This document shows positions 32,234-41,763 of a stretch of 64,000 nucleotides of DNA, one piece after another; position 1 is the stretch's first letter; the number at the start of each line of letters is the position of its first letter. This stretch comes from an uncultured Pseudobdellovibrionaceae bacterium. Lineage in GTDB: Bacteria; Bdellovibrionota; Bdellovibrionia; Bdellovibrionales; UBA1609. Location of the stretch: positions 352,001 through 416,000 of the forward strand of contig CAWDNU010000001.1 in NCBI GenBank assembly GCA_963803705.1, written 5' to 3'. A model generated the notes under the pieces. That model saw only the letters and a program-made list of their open reading frames with translations. It did not search any database and had not been told where the DNA came from. The position numbers and the translations under genes are program-made.

Positions 32234-32254
32234 ATAACTATATTTATGTTACCT
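32227..32254. other. dif-like 28-bp site (11-6-11)
   Basis: ACCTAACATAA-CTATAT-TTATGTTACCT; both arms carry TTATGTTA. Confidence 0.5.
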
Positions 32255-32478
32255 AAATCGTAATTTTTTTAAATAAAATTAGTCTTTTTTGAATTAAAGT
32301 ATGGGACTCATTCCACTTCGATCTGGTCGGAATTCTATAGCTTTAAAATGACAATTTACGACACCCAGATTTGGTACTTTAGACAGTTTTAATGTGCTCT
32401 GGTATCAATAGTTTCATTCTTATCATTTGGTTTATGCAAAATATTTACTTCAGTGCTTCTAAATGATAGTCCAATTTC

Positions 32479-33066
32479 ATGTTTATATTTAAAATGACTG
32501 CTTTAAGCATTCTCTCCATACTACTCGCATCGCCGGCTTTTTCAGCAGAGCAGAATCTAAATCCTCGCGTCTTAGAAAAATGTGATCTAAAAAAAGTACC
32601 ACCTAAGACTATAAAAAAAAATAATTATATTGGAGGTGATTTTTGGTTACCAAAAGAAAAGAGGGGCTTGATAAAATCCCTATCAAAAACAAATCAAACT
32701 GGTGACATAGCGGTTTATAGAGTTGGAGGAAAAGTTAGAGCCCTAGTAAGGAATAGAGGAGTTTACGACGGCAATGAGAATGAGCATATGAGAGATGTCT
32801 ATCTATACTGCTTTAACTCTAGTGGAAATTTAAAACTATTCGTTGAGAACTACTCAGACTACTCTTTTTTAAAGGAAAATCCAGACTTTAGAGAAATGAG
32901 TTTAACTAGGGTTACGACTTATAATAAGAACGGCAAAGAGAAAAAAATAAATGAAGAATATTACAATGGAAATGAAAAAGTTGAGCTAAGTAAAATTACA
33001 GATCCCGTACCCAAAAAAAGACCTCAGTTTCTTGAAGTGGAACAAATACAGTCGTTAATCAAGTAG
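32479..33066 (+). CDS. Secreted hypothetical protein
   Basis: Signal peptide ending PAFSA; 195 aa. Confidence 0.7.
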   Translation: MFIFKMTALSILSILLASPAFSAEQNLNPRVLEKCDLKKVPPKTIKKNNYIGGDFWLPKEKRGLIKSLSKTNQTGDIAVYRVGGKVRALVRNRGVYDGNENEHMRDVYLYCFNSSGNLKLFVENYSDYSFLKENPDFREMSLTRVTTYNKNGKEKKINEEYYNGNEKVELSKITDPVPKKRPQFLEVEQIQSLIK

Positions 33067-33138
33067 TCTACGTTTCACCGGTATGCATTTCCGTTTCCTT
33101 TTAAACACTTGGTTTCGGTCTGATCTTTCAACGTTCTA

Positions 33139-33170
33139 TTGTGCCTTTTAGTATCAGCTAGAAGGCACAA
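33139..33170. terminator. Stem-loop downstream of the 32479 gene
   Basis: TTGTGCCTTTTAG-TATCAG-CTAGAAGGCACAA. Confidence 0.5.
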
Positions 33171-33438
33171 ATTTATCCTAGGCTCTAAAAACTGAGTTGA
33201 TCTAAATTTGAAATTTTACCATGACGCTAAAAAATTATGAGCCAAAACACCTAAGAACTAAAATATCGATTAGCTAACGTTTAATCTATCTGACTCAACA
33301 CTAGGTGAATAGATTTGAGACATTTAAGTAAACTGTTATATAAATGCGACAATTTGGTAACACAGTCTTAAATTAAAACAATTTTATGCACCTTTTTTAA
33401 ATAATGCTAAAAATTATTAAGAAAACGGTAATATTATC

Positions 33439-33466
33439 TACATCCGGTTTGGTATATATCCGATTT
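33439..33466 (+). promoter_or_regulatory. Sigma28-like promoter
   Basis: TACA-N16-TCCGATTT, 7 nt before ATG 33474. Confidence 0.4.
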
Positions 33467-33473
33467 TATAAGT

Positions 33474-35552
33474 ATGAAAAAGACTAGATACGTAATTGTT
33501 GTTGTGTTGGGTTTTCTCTTAACTGTTTACAACGGATGTTCGCCTTTTGAAGCGAACTTAAGTTCAAGTGCAGCAAGACAGCAAGTTTCGCAAGATGCCT
33601 TTCAAAAAACATTGCATCCGGATTTGGTCATGCATTGTGGAACATGTCATGGTCAAATACAGAATCCAAAATTTTCTATGACCGACCCGGAAGGAGCCCA
33701 TTCAATTGTCATGCAGCGGGGGCTGGTTGATTTTAATAATCCTAGTGCCTCTTATTTTATGCAGAAATTAAGTGCAGGCCACAATAATTTTGACAACGCA
33801 GTTATAGATTCCATTAGATTGAAAATTCAAAGTTGGATCCAAGTCATGGAAGACTATGACAAGAGTGTGAACATCAAACCAATTGCGGGCGGTAAAGTAG
33901 AATTTGAAGAAGCGTCCCCAGGATCTATATTAGCCAAAATGAAAGCCATTACCCATGGCGGAGCAGTAACTGAGGCCGAATGGAAAGAGTACGCCTCTGA
34001 TACGAACAATAAAACGAAACTTCGTAACCTTGTACAAAGTTGGATGGATACACCAGAGGGTAAAGCTAAGGTAGAATTTTATTTGCTTAGAGCCTTAAAT
34101 CAGGATGTAGAATACGGCGAGGGGACAGAAAGGCTACTTAGGATAAGTAGGAATAATAAATTCTTAAATTCAATGAAAGAGTCAGTGAATCGCACTGCGA
34201 TGGATTTAATTGATAGAAATCGTCCATTTACTGATATAGCCAAAACCAAAAGGTTCGCAGTGAACACTGCTCTGTTAACTGCTTTTGCTTACATAGACAG
34301 AAATGTACGAGCTGACAGTTTTAATGATTTTATAAATGGCGGCGGCGGAAATTCAGCGGTCCTCATGGATGCCGACTATAACGATTGGAGATTTGTAACA
34401 TTCAGACAATCTGCGACAACACAACCAAAATATGACGATATAAATCATTGGAGAGGTATTGCTAACAATGCGACGGTTTCATTTGGTGTGCCTCGTGTGG
34501 GATACTTTTCAATGTTGGCCTTTCAATCTAACTACCCTACGAATGGCGCTAACCAGTATAGAGTTACGATAAATCAAACTTTGATTGCTGGACTAGGTCG
34601 TACTTTTTCGCCGTCGGATACAACTGAACAGCCAAGCATGATCCACATGGACGATGAGCATTCACCGCGCAACACACAGTGTTTTCAGTGTCACCGTTTA
34701 ATGGACCCAATGAGAATGGTCTTCCAAAATAATATGGACGACAAGTACCAGTATAGTGATAAAAACACTGATGTAGTTTCGTCATTCGCTTTTTATGATT
34801 ATGTAAAACCAATGGCAAGTCTTGACGACTTAGGTGATGCTATAGCAAAGCATCCTGATTTCGCAAAGGCGTGGACGCAGAAACTATGCGTAGCTTTCAA
34901 CACTGAAAAGTGTTTAGAAAACGACAGTGAATTTGTCAGAGTAGCTAGATCATTTAGCCAAAGTAATTTTAATTTTAAGACTTTGTATAAAGAGCTTGCC
35001 ACCTCAAGTTTAGTAACAGGGTCAAAAATAACTGACACTTCTAAAAATTTAGAATTCGCGGTTGCAAGAACTAGACGTACTCATTTCTGTCAAAATATTA
35101 ATATCAGACAAAGACAAATTCAGCAAAAACGTGGTATCGCCATGAGTCCTTATGATGAGGGAAACGAGATTTGTAGCCGAATCAGAGGGGAAGATGGTTT
35201 AGGGGATGATCATAGTGTAAGAGGGTTAACGGAAGTAGTGAACTCTTTCCCTCTTGATACGTTTACACGACAAGCCTTAGAAATGACATGTTCGAATCTT
35301 GCAGATTATATGGACAACTCTGGTAGAGGATTTGACTCTAATATTTCTAAATTACAAGAAAACATTCTAAATATGACGGAATTCATAGCTGGATTGCCCC
35401 AGTCACATCCAAGGCACCAAGCTGTTAAGGATTCTTTGGCGCTAGTTTTTAATTATTCAAGAAATACCTTAGGTATGTCAGACAGAGACTCTTTTAGGGA
35501 ATCCTTTAAGTTTGCATGTACTTCACCAGATTTCGTAGGAGTTGGATTATGA
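33474..35552 (+). CDS. Di-haem c lipoprotein, DUF1585/DUF1588-like
   Basis: YNGC lipobox-like motif; CGTCH and CFQCHRLMDPM; FAKAWTQKLC; FNFKTL. Confidence 0.75.
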   Translation: MKKTRYVIVVVLGFLLTVYNGCSPFEANLSSSAARQQVSQDAFQKTLHPDLVMHCGTCHGQIQNPKFSMTDPEGAHSIVMQRGLVDFNNPSASYFMQKLSAGHNNFDNAVIDSIRLKIQSWIQVMEDYDKSVNIKPIAGGKVEFEEASPGSILAKMKAITHGGAVTEAEWKEYASDTNNKTKLRNLVQSWMDTPEGKAKVEFYLLRALNQDVEYGEGTERLLRISRNNKFLNSMKESVNRTAMDLIDRNRPFTDIAKTKRFAVNTALLTAFAYIDRNVRADSFNDFINGGGGNSAVLMDADYNDWRFVTFRQSATTQPKYDDINHWRGIANNATVSFGVPRVGYFSMLAFQSNYPTNGANQYRVTINQTLIAGLGRTFSPSDTTEQPSMIHMDDEHSPRNTQCFQCHRLMDPMRMVFQNNMDDKYQYSDKNTDVVSSFAFYDYVKPMASLDDLGDAIAKHPDFAKAWTQKLCVAFNTEKCLENDSEFVRVARSFSQSNFNFKTLYKELATSSLVTGSKITDTSKNLEFAVARTRRTHFCQNINIRQRQIQQKRGIAMSPYDEGNEICSRIRGEDGLGDDHSVRGLTEVVNSFPLDTFTRQALEMTCSNLADYMDNSGRGFDSNISKLQENILNMTEFIAGLPQSHPRHQAVKDSLALVFNYSRNTLGMSDRDSFRESFKFACTSPDFVGVGL

Positions 35553-36859
35553 AAAATAACAAAAAAAACAATAAAGACGTAGTGCTTAATAGAAGGGATT
35601 TGTTAATCGCAGGAATGTTATCTGGTGGTGGGATAGGATTAAGATCTTTGATGACGGGACTGCCAGTTCATTTTTTAACCCAAAGATCGATGGCAGCAGC
35701 AGGCGGAACATTTTTAGTTTACTGCGGTAGGAGTAGTGGAGATCCAGTCAATTGTAATGTGCCAGGTACTTATAAAACAGGATATGATCACTCTGAAGAA
35801 TTCAGAAATCCAGTAGATCTTCGAATCGGCACTCAAGTTCACAAAGCGGCATCAGCTTGGAACACCTTAAACGCGGATATTAAAAAAACAGCAAATTTTT
35901 TTCATTTACACACGTTAACAAACTCTCATAACGAAATGGATTCAGTCAGCAAAATCTTTGGAGCCATTGAACCTATCGAGGGGCGAACGGCTGAAATGCT
36001 ACCTTCTATGATCGCGTATGAAATGAGTAAGATGCTGGGTACTTCTTTAGACAATCCTATTGCCATGCAGGGCCCTTTACAGTTTAAAGGTCGAACGCAA
36101 ACGGTCTATCGCCCAACAGATATTACATCGCTCTTTCCAACAGGTTTATCAGACGCCCGAGTAAACGCTAGAAAGTTTAGAGATCAGTTGGTTGATTCTA
36201 CCTACAGAGACATCAAGACAAATGGAACCCCAGCACAAAAAAGATTTTTAGCTAACCACGCTATTTCAGGGGATAAAGCTAAAGAGCTTGGTGATCAATT
36301 GGCTCAGGCTTTAAATGGTATCAACGGTAATGGCACCGATGATAAAATGAGAACAGCCGCCGCGCTTTTGGCATTAAAAGTAACGCCAGTTGTAACAATG
36401 GGGTTAGACTTTGGTGGAGATAACCATGGTGATACAAATTTAACAAATGAAACTAATAAACATAAAAGTTCAATCGCAAGTATTAACCTGCTCTATGAAG
36501 CTCTGAAGGGTTATGGAATTGAAGATAAAACGATTTTTTCATTGATGAATGTTTTTGGTCGCACTCCAACTGTGAATGGTAGAGGTGGAAGAGATCATCA
36601 TGGTCAACAGAGCATAATGTTCTCATTTGGTAATGGTATCAAAGGCGGCATGATCGGAGATTTAATGCCTTCTAGCAGAAGGGGTTTCCAATCTTCGCCC
36701 CTTAACTCACAGACTGGTAGGGTTGAAAATCCGGATATTGATCACAAAGAAACGCTTCATTCAGCAGCTAAAAGTTTAATGGTTGCTACAGGCATAAGCG
36801 AAAGCAAAGTTAATAAAATTGTGACCGGTGGTAAAGTAGTTAAGGCATATTTAAAGTAA
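35549..36859 (+). CDS. Tat-exported DUF1501/DUF1552-like protein
   Basis: LNRRDLL twin-arginine signal; FGGDNHGD, FGRTP, GRDHH motifs; ATGA coupling. Confidence 0.8.
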   Translation: MKNNKKNNKDVVLNRRDLLIAGMLSGGGIGLRSLMTGLPVHFLTQRSMAAAGGTFLVYCGRSSGDPVNCNVPGTYKTGYDHSEEFRNPVDLRIGTQVHKAASAWNTLNADIKKTANFFHLHTLTNSHNEMDSVSKIFGAIEPIEGRTAEMLPSMIAYEMSKMLGTSLDNPIAMQGPLQFKGRTQTVYRPTDITSLFPTGLSDARVNARKFRDQLVDSTYRDIKTNGTPAQKRFLANHAISGDKAKELGDQLAQALNGINGNGTDDKMRTAAALLALKVTPVVTMGLDFGGDNHGDTNLTNETNKHKSSIASINLLYEALKGYGIEDKTIFSLMNVFGRTPTVNGRGGRDHHGQQSIMFSFGNGIKGGMIGDLMPSSRRGFQSSPLNSQTGRVENPDIDHKETLHSAAKSLMVATGISESKVNKIVTGGKVVKAYLK

Positions 36860-36868
36860 ACAAATAAG

Positions 36869-36940
36869 TGGCTCTGAATAATTTTTAGTAAAGCGACTCT
36901 TCAAAGTGAAGAGTCGCTTTTTTTATCAGAGCCATTTTTT
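36869..36940. terminator. Bidirectional intrinsic terminator
   Basis: AAAGCGACTCTTCA-AAG-TGAAGAGTCGCTTT plus T-tract; outer TGGCTCTGA/TCAGAGCCA stem; lies between convergent genes. Confidence 0.85.
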
Positions 36941-36941
36941 T

Positions 36942-38036
36942 TTATCGAAAACAAGCGTCTCTTCGGTTCTGTCTAAATCGAGGATCCCTAATTGATGCTG
37001 CATGAGCGTCTATGCTAGTGGAATCCCAGTCAAAATAAGGCGGATTTTCGATTGTGACAAAACTGATCCCTAAAAGATTTAAGGCTGCAGTAAATTCGGA
37101 GTTATTTGAATCGTCAGCGGCAAAAAAAGCAAAGAAATTAGATTTTGGAGTTGTAAAGTTAGTATTTAAATACCAATCAGCAATATTCTCTGTGGGTGTA
37201 GTTGGCACTTCATCAGCTAAATCATAGGCACCGCCGATCAAGCACACACTTTTTGCACCAAAGACTTTGCCTATATAAAGTGCCTGGCCAGCCCCTTGGG
37301 AATGCCCACCCACACTCAAACCTTGCCACTGAACAGTTGATTGGTCACTTATCTTGACTGGAAAATTAAAATTTTTACTTTCTAAATAATTTTCGATCGC
37401 AATTAATCTATAGTTTATACTATCAGGTTCGGGGACATTAGATACACTTGTTAAGTTGGCTCCAGTGACTTTTTCTTCTCTTACAAGACCAGCACAGTTG
37501 TTAACGTCGGTATTTCCTCCACATTCTGATGAACTGTTGATCGCAAATCTATTATGGTAGGCGGGTTGCACTACAATAGAGCCAGCATCTAAACTCTCTT
37601 CGAGAAAAGTTCTAGAGCCGAAACTAAGATCATTTTGGTTGAAGGGTCTTCCCAGGCTGCCACCTAGGTGGATGTGCACACCTTTAGGATTTTATACGTT
37701 ACTTGGGAATGCGATCACATGATAGCCAAATCCTAAATTTAAATCTATACCAGAGGTGCCAAAAGTGTCTCTAGATGAGGAGTCAATTCTAGAGGGCCTT
37801 ATTGCGCACAAAAAGCCGTTGGTCAGCTGAAGTGAATGATCGCACACTGAAGGGTCGGGTTGAATGTAGTATTTACTTTGACTAGACCCTGAGTCACCAC
37901 CACAGCTTGTGAACAAGGGTAACAGAATAATGGATATTAATTTTCTTCGTAAAATCGTTAGTGTAACTAACAACCTGAACAGCGGGAAAACAAAGGAGTA
38001 AAACTGAATATTCTTCAACAAAGCTTCAGTCCACAT
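36942..38036 (-). pseudogene. Alpha/beta-hydrolase lipoprotein split by one in-frame TAA
   Basis: ORFs 37692..38036 and 36942..37679 share a frame separated only by TAA 37692-37694; lipobox FTSC; GHSQG nucleophile. Confidence 0.75.
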
Positions 38037-39195
38037 ATTTTAAAAAACCCTCATAGCCCTCTTCAGCCATTTTATTTTTAGGTATAAACCTCATTGCTGC
38101 TGAATTCATACAATACCTTAAACCTGTAGGCTTAGGCCCATCTTTAAAAACGTGACCCAGGTGGGACTCCCCATATTTTGATCTTACTTCTGTCCTAGGT
38201 AAAATCATTTTGAAATCGCGCTTAGTCACGACGTATTTGTCATTGATTGGCTTACTAAATGACGGCCACCCGGTTCCTGAATCAAATTTATCATTAGAAC
38301 TGAATAAGGGTTCCCCAGACACAACATCTACGTAGATGCCGCTATCCTTATTGCCATCATATTCATTTTTAAAAGGTGGCTCAGTGCCTTCTTTCTGAGT
38401 CACTTTAAACTGTTCTTCAGTTAACATTTCTTTTAAGATGTCATTGCTTGGTTTTTTAAATGTTTCCCAATCAGAATTCATGCGTATCTCCCTCTTAATT
38501 TTTGAAGTCGTGAACTTAAAGTTTTTCCATAGAATTTTCAACCTTCTGTCACGGCCAGAACCTCTACGATAAAAATTGTATTTTAATTTTGATTTTTTGT
38601 AATAGTCTTGGTGATAATCTTCAGCTGGATAAAAGTTTTTGAAAGCTAAAACTTTTGTAGCAATAGGTTTTTTAAAAGGTTTACTTTCTTTTAACTTAGC
38701 AAAAATGTCATCAACAATTTTCTTCTCGTTCTTGTCATTGTAGAATACAACTGAAACATATTGCTGGCCCTTATCCACAAATTGTCCGTTCGGATCAGTC
38801 ATATCAATCGTTAGTAGAAATTTCTGAACCAAGTTTTTAAAATTAATTACCTTAGGATCATAGACAACTTTGACGCTTTCGATATGCTTAGTTCTACCTG
38901 CGCTAACTTGTTGATAAGTTGGGTTGGCCATATCGCCACCAGAGTAGCCAGATACTACTTGTTGTACGCCCCTAATTTTTTCTAAATCTGATTCTGTACA
39001 CCAAAAGCATCCACCAGCAAAATAGGCCACAGCAAGGCTAGACTGGTTTTGTTTCGACGCTTGGACAAAATTTGAGCTAAGTAACATCGTGCTCATAGAT
39101 ACCAAATAGCCAAATAAAAAAATTGCCACGAACCTTGAAACTAAAAATGTACCAACTTTAAAACCTTTTAACTGACCAATTAGTTCTATTTTCAT
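38026..39195 (-). CDS. msrAB: Exported bifunctional methionine sulfoxide reductase A/B
   Basis: [20 protein letters not shown] (MsrA); [20 protein letters not shown] (MsrB); signal peptide. Confidence 0.96.
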   Translation of the reverse strand: MKIELIGQLKGFKVGTFLVSRFVAIFLFGYLVSMSTMLLSSNFVQASKQNQSSLAVAYFAGGCFWCTESDLEKIRGVQQVVSGYSGGDMANPTYQQVSAGRTKHIESVKVVYDPKVINFKNLVQKFLLTIDMTDPNGQFVDKGQQYVSVVFYNDKNEKKIVDDIFAKLKESKPFKKPIATKVLAFKNFYPAEDYHQDYYKKSKLKYNFYRRGSGRDRRLKILWKNFKFTTSKIKREIRMNSDWETFKKPSNDILKEMLTEEQFKVTQKEGTEPPFKNEYDGNKDSGIYVDVVSGEPLFSSNDKFDSGTGWPSFSKPINDKYVVTKRDFKMILPRTEVRSKYGESHLGHVFKDGPKPTGLRYCMNSAAMRFIPKNKMAEEGYEGFLKYVD

Positions 39196-39291
39196 GTAAA
39201 ATTTACCTCTTTAACTTAAAGTTTAGCCAAAAAACGTCATTTTGAGTATAACAGAATCTTAATACAATATACGAATATCCACGGAGGTCCA

Positions 39292-39702
39292 ATGAAGACA
39301 ATGTTTTTAATCATAACTCTTCTGACAGTTTTTATATCAGCAGCTCCGGCAAAAGAGCTAACAGTAGTTATCGTACCAGACCTAAACGTAGAAGCCACAG
39401 CTTCAGATTTAATTCAGAACGGTGATCAAACCTTAAGTAGCAGCGCTGTAGTTAACTACAACGAGCCGACTTTAGTTTTTGGGAGCGGGTCAGTGAAGCC
39501 TTTAGCCATAATTTATTCAGAGTACTACGAAGCTTTGGTTGATGCAGAAAGTAATGTTTGGGAACCAGAAGAATCATCTTATCTAATTTCTTCTAACCCT
39601 TTGAAACAATGCCTTAAGGATCAAATTGGATCAGCCTTTAGCGTAGAAGCGCAGATCCCTTCATTATTATCTGATATCATTTTATCTGAAAATTGTGATT
39701 GA
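39292..39702 (+). CDS. Secreted hypothetical protein
   Basis: GGAGG RBS; signal peptide. Confidence 0.7.
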   Translation: MKTMFLIITLLTVFISAAPAKELTVVIVPDLNVEATASDLIQNGDQTLSSSAVVNYNEPTLVFGSGSVKPLAIIYSEYYEALVDAESNVWEPEESSYLISSNPLKQCLKDQIGSAFSVEAQIPSLLSDIILSENCD

Positions 39703-39839
39703 TATGTGATGATGGCTCAAGTGATCAAATCGATATTTTTCGTCCCAAAGTATATTAGCTAAGACTAACTCGAAATAATGCTAATCTAAATTTTAAATCT
39801 CAGGTTCTAGATCTGTTTTTATTCCAATTGCTACAAAAT

Positions 39840-40701
39840 TTAAATATCCATCTGACCAATTTCTGCATTATTAGTATTAATAAGTTTTTGAAGTTCAAAA
39901 ATATGTTGCTCAAGCTTTGATTTTTTATGCTTTCAAAAATTTAATTTCAGTATCTAACTTAAGCTTTTTATTTTTTAGATCAGGATCTTCAGGGCTTTGC
40001 GGTATTTCGTAAGCTTCGCTTAGTTTTTCTGTGTACCGATCTTTAACTAAGTTCAGTTCTTTTTCAGCAAGGCCGATATTGTTTTGAATTTTTTCAATGT
40101 CTTTTTTAAGAAATACTTTGCGTCCATTTTTAAATCCTGTTTCAAATTTAATTTTGAACTCATCTGTGCAAATAGTGGTTTGATTCTTTCCTGAAAAACC
40201 AAACTTGTACCCATTTTTAGTAGTGCAAAACTGCTTTAGACCGTTTTGGTAGCCTGAAAAATATTTTGATTTAGAAGAGCAAAAAAGATTAGCTGGCTTA
40301 CCCTCTAGCGCGTGCTCTTTACCAAATTCAGGAGAGCAAAAACTTTGCGCGCCTAGTTCGTAGCTAATTTTGTATTTATTTTTATTAGAGCAAACATTTT
40401 CCATAGAAAGCCCTTGAAAACCTCTAGAAAATGCCGAGTCTTCACTGCAAAATTGGTCTAGCCCTTTTTCATATCCTAAAAGGTATTCATCATTAGCTAC
40501 AGATACATTAAAGGGTAAACACTTAGCTAAAAACATTGAAAGTCGACTGGTTCGTCCGTCTTTTCCATCTTCGAACCCTTGGGTTGGCCAATGGGTCTTT
40601 TTGCATTCGTTTTTCTCAATGTTTGTACACCCTAAGAAAAAAATACAAAGCACGGCTGCAACGTATGAAGGTAAATGAGTTTGAATGCTATAATAGTGCA
40701 T
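39840..40701 (-). CDS. DUF2799-repeat lipoprotein with probable frameshift near the C-terminus
   Basis: FLGC lipobox; W..QGFEDG and repeated Y..G...FC units; the coiled coil continues in another frame (KHKKSKLEQHIFELQKLINTNNAEIGQMDI*) after 39925. Confidence 0.75.
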
Positions 40702-40780
40702 AAACTAATTTTTAAGGACATACAGGGTCGAGGTCAACGCTAAATATATATTCATCTTATTTAGACTAAAAGGTGAAAAC

Positions 40781-40796
40781 CGGCATAGCACTTGCT
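40781..40796 (+). promoter_or_regulatory. Sigma54 -24/-12 promoter
   Basis: CGGCAT-AGCAC-TTGCT, about 70 nt upstream of the histidine kinase. Confidence 0.6.
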
Positions 40797-40866
40797 ATTA
40801 ATTAAATGGGTTATATAGGCCATGCACTAAACCTCGCCAATGTCTTGAACGTTCTAGGAGATTCGA

Positions 40867-41763
40867 TTGCGCAGACTACTAAGTAGCTTACTTTTTATAG
40901 CTGGCTTAACAATAGCGGGTTACGGAATTTATTTAAATTATTTTGGAGACCCTAATACCCTGATGGCCCAATTCGTTTGGTTGCCCTCTTTGGGTGTTCT
41001 AGCTACTTTTTGGTTAGATCATAAACTTTTAAGAAGTCAGAATAAAAGCTTAGCCAACCAAACTCGGTTTAAGTCAGATTTTATTGGTGTGTTATCCCAC
41101 GATATCAAAACACCATTAGCTCGGATAAAGGCCATGGTTGACATACTTTCTTCTGATGTCAGTGTTCTAAAGTACGAGCAGAAAATGGCTTTGGTGCAAA
41201 TCGAGAAGTCTCAGATGGAACTGTCAAATTTCATAGATAACATGGTTCAGATGAGTCACTTAGAGGGCGGTCAGCTTAATCTTAAATTACGAAGCGCTGA
41301 TATCAATAAAACAATCACAGAAGTTGCAACAAATTTAAAATTTCAAGCCAATGACAAAAATATGGAACTTGTAACAGATTTGGAACCAATTTTCAGTTTT
41401 AAATTTGATCCGATTTTGGTGAAACAGATTATTGTGAACTTGGTAGAAAATGCTATCAAGTATAGTCCAAACAATACGCGAGTCTTTATAACTTCTGAAG
41501 ACAAAGACAGCGAAATTATCATACAAGTTAAGGATGAGGGACTAGGTATTCTGCCGAAAGACCTACCTTTTATTTTCGATCGATACTTTAGGTCTCATTT
41601 GGCAAAAACAACCTCTACAAAAAGTTCAGGTCTAGGCTTGTACTTAGCCCAAGAGTTTACCAGTCTTCACAATGGCCAGCTTACCGTAGAATCCAAACAA
41701 GGTAAGGGCTCTGCTTTTACGCTACGACTTCCTAAAAGCAGAGAGGTGTTGAATGACCACTAA
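40867..41763 (+). CDS. Sensor histidine kinase
   Basis: SHDIKTPL H-box; NLVENAIKY; DEGLG; SGLGL; two N-terminal TMs. Confidence 0.95.
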   Translation: MRRLLSSLLFIAGLTIAGYGIYLNYFGDPNTLMAQFVWLPSLGVLATFWLDHKLLRSQNKSLANQTRFKSDFIGVLSHDIKTPLARIKAMVDILSSDVSVLKYEQKMALVQIEKSQMELSNFIDNMVQMSHLEGGQLNLKLRSADINKTITEVATNLKFQANDKNMELVTDLEPIFSFKFDPILVKQIIVNLVENAIKYSPNNTRVFITSEDKDSEIIIQVKDEGLGILPKDLPFIFDRYFRSHLAKTTSTKSSGLGLYLAQEFTSLHNGQLTVESKQGKGSAFTLRLPKSREVLNDH

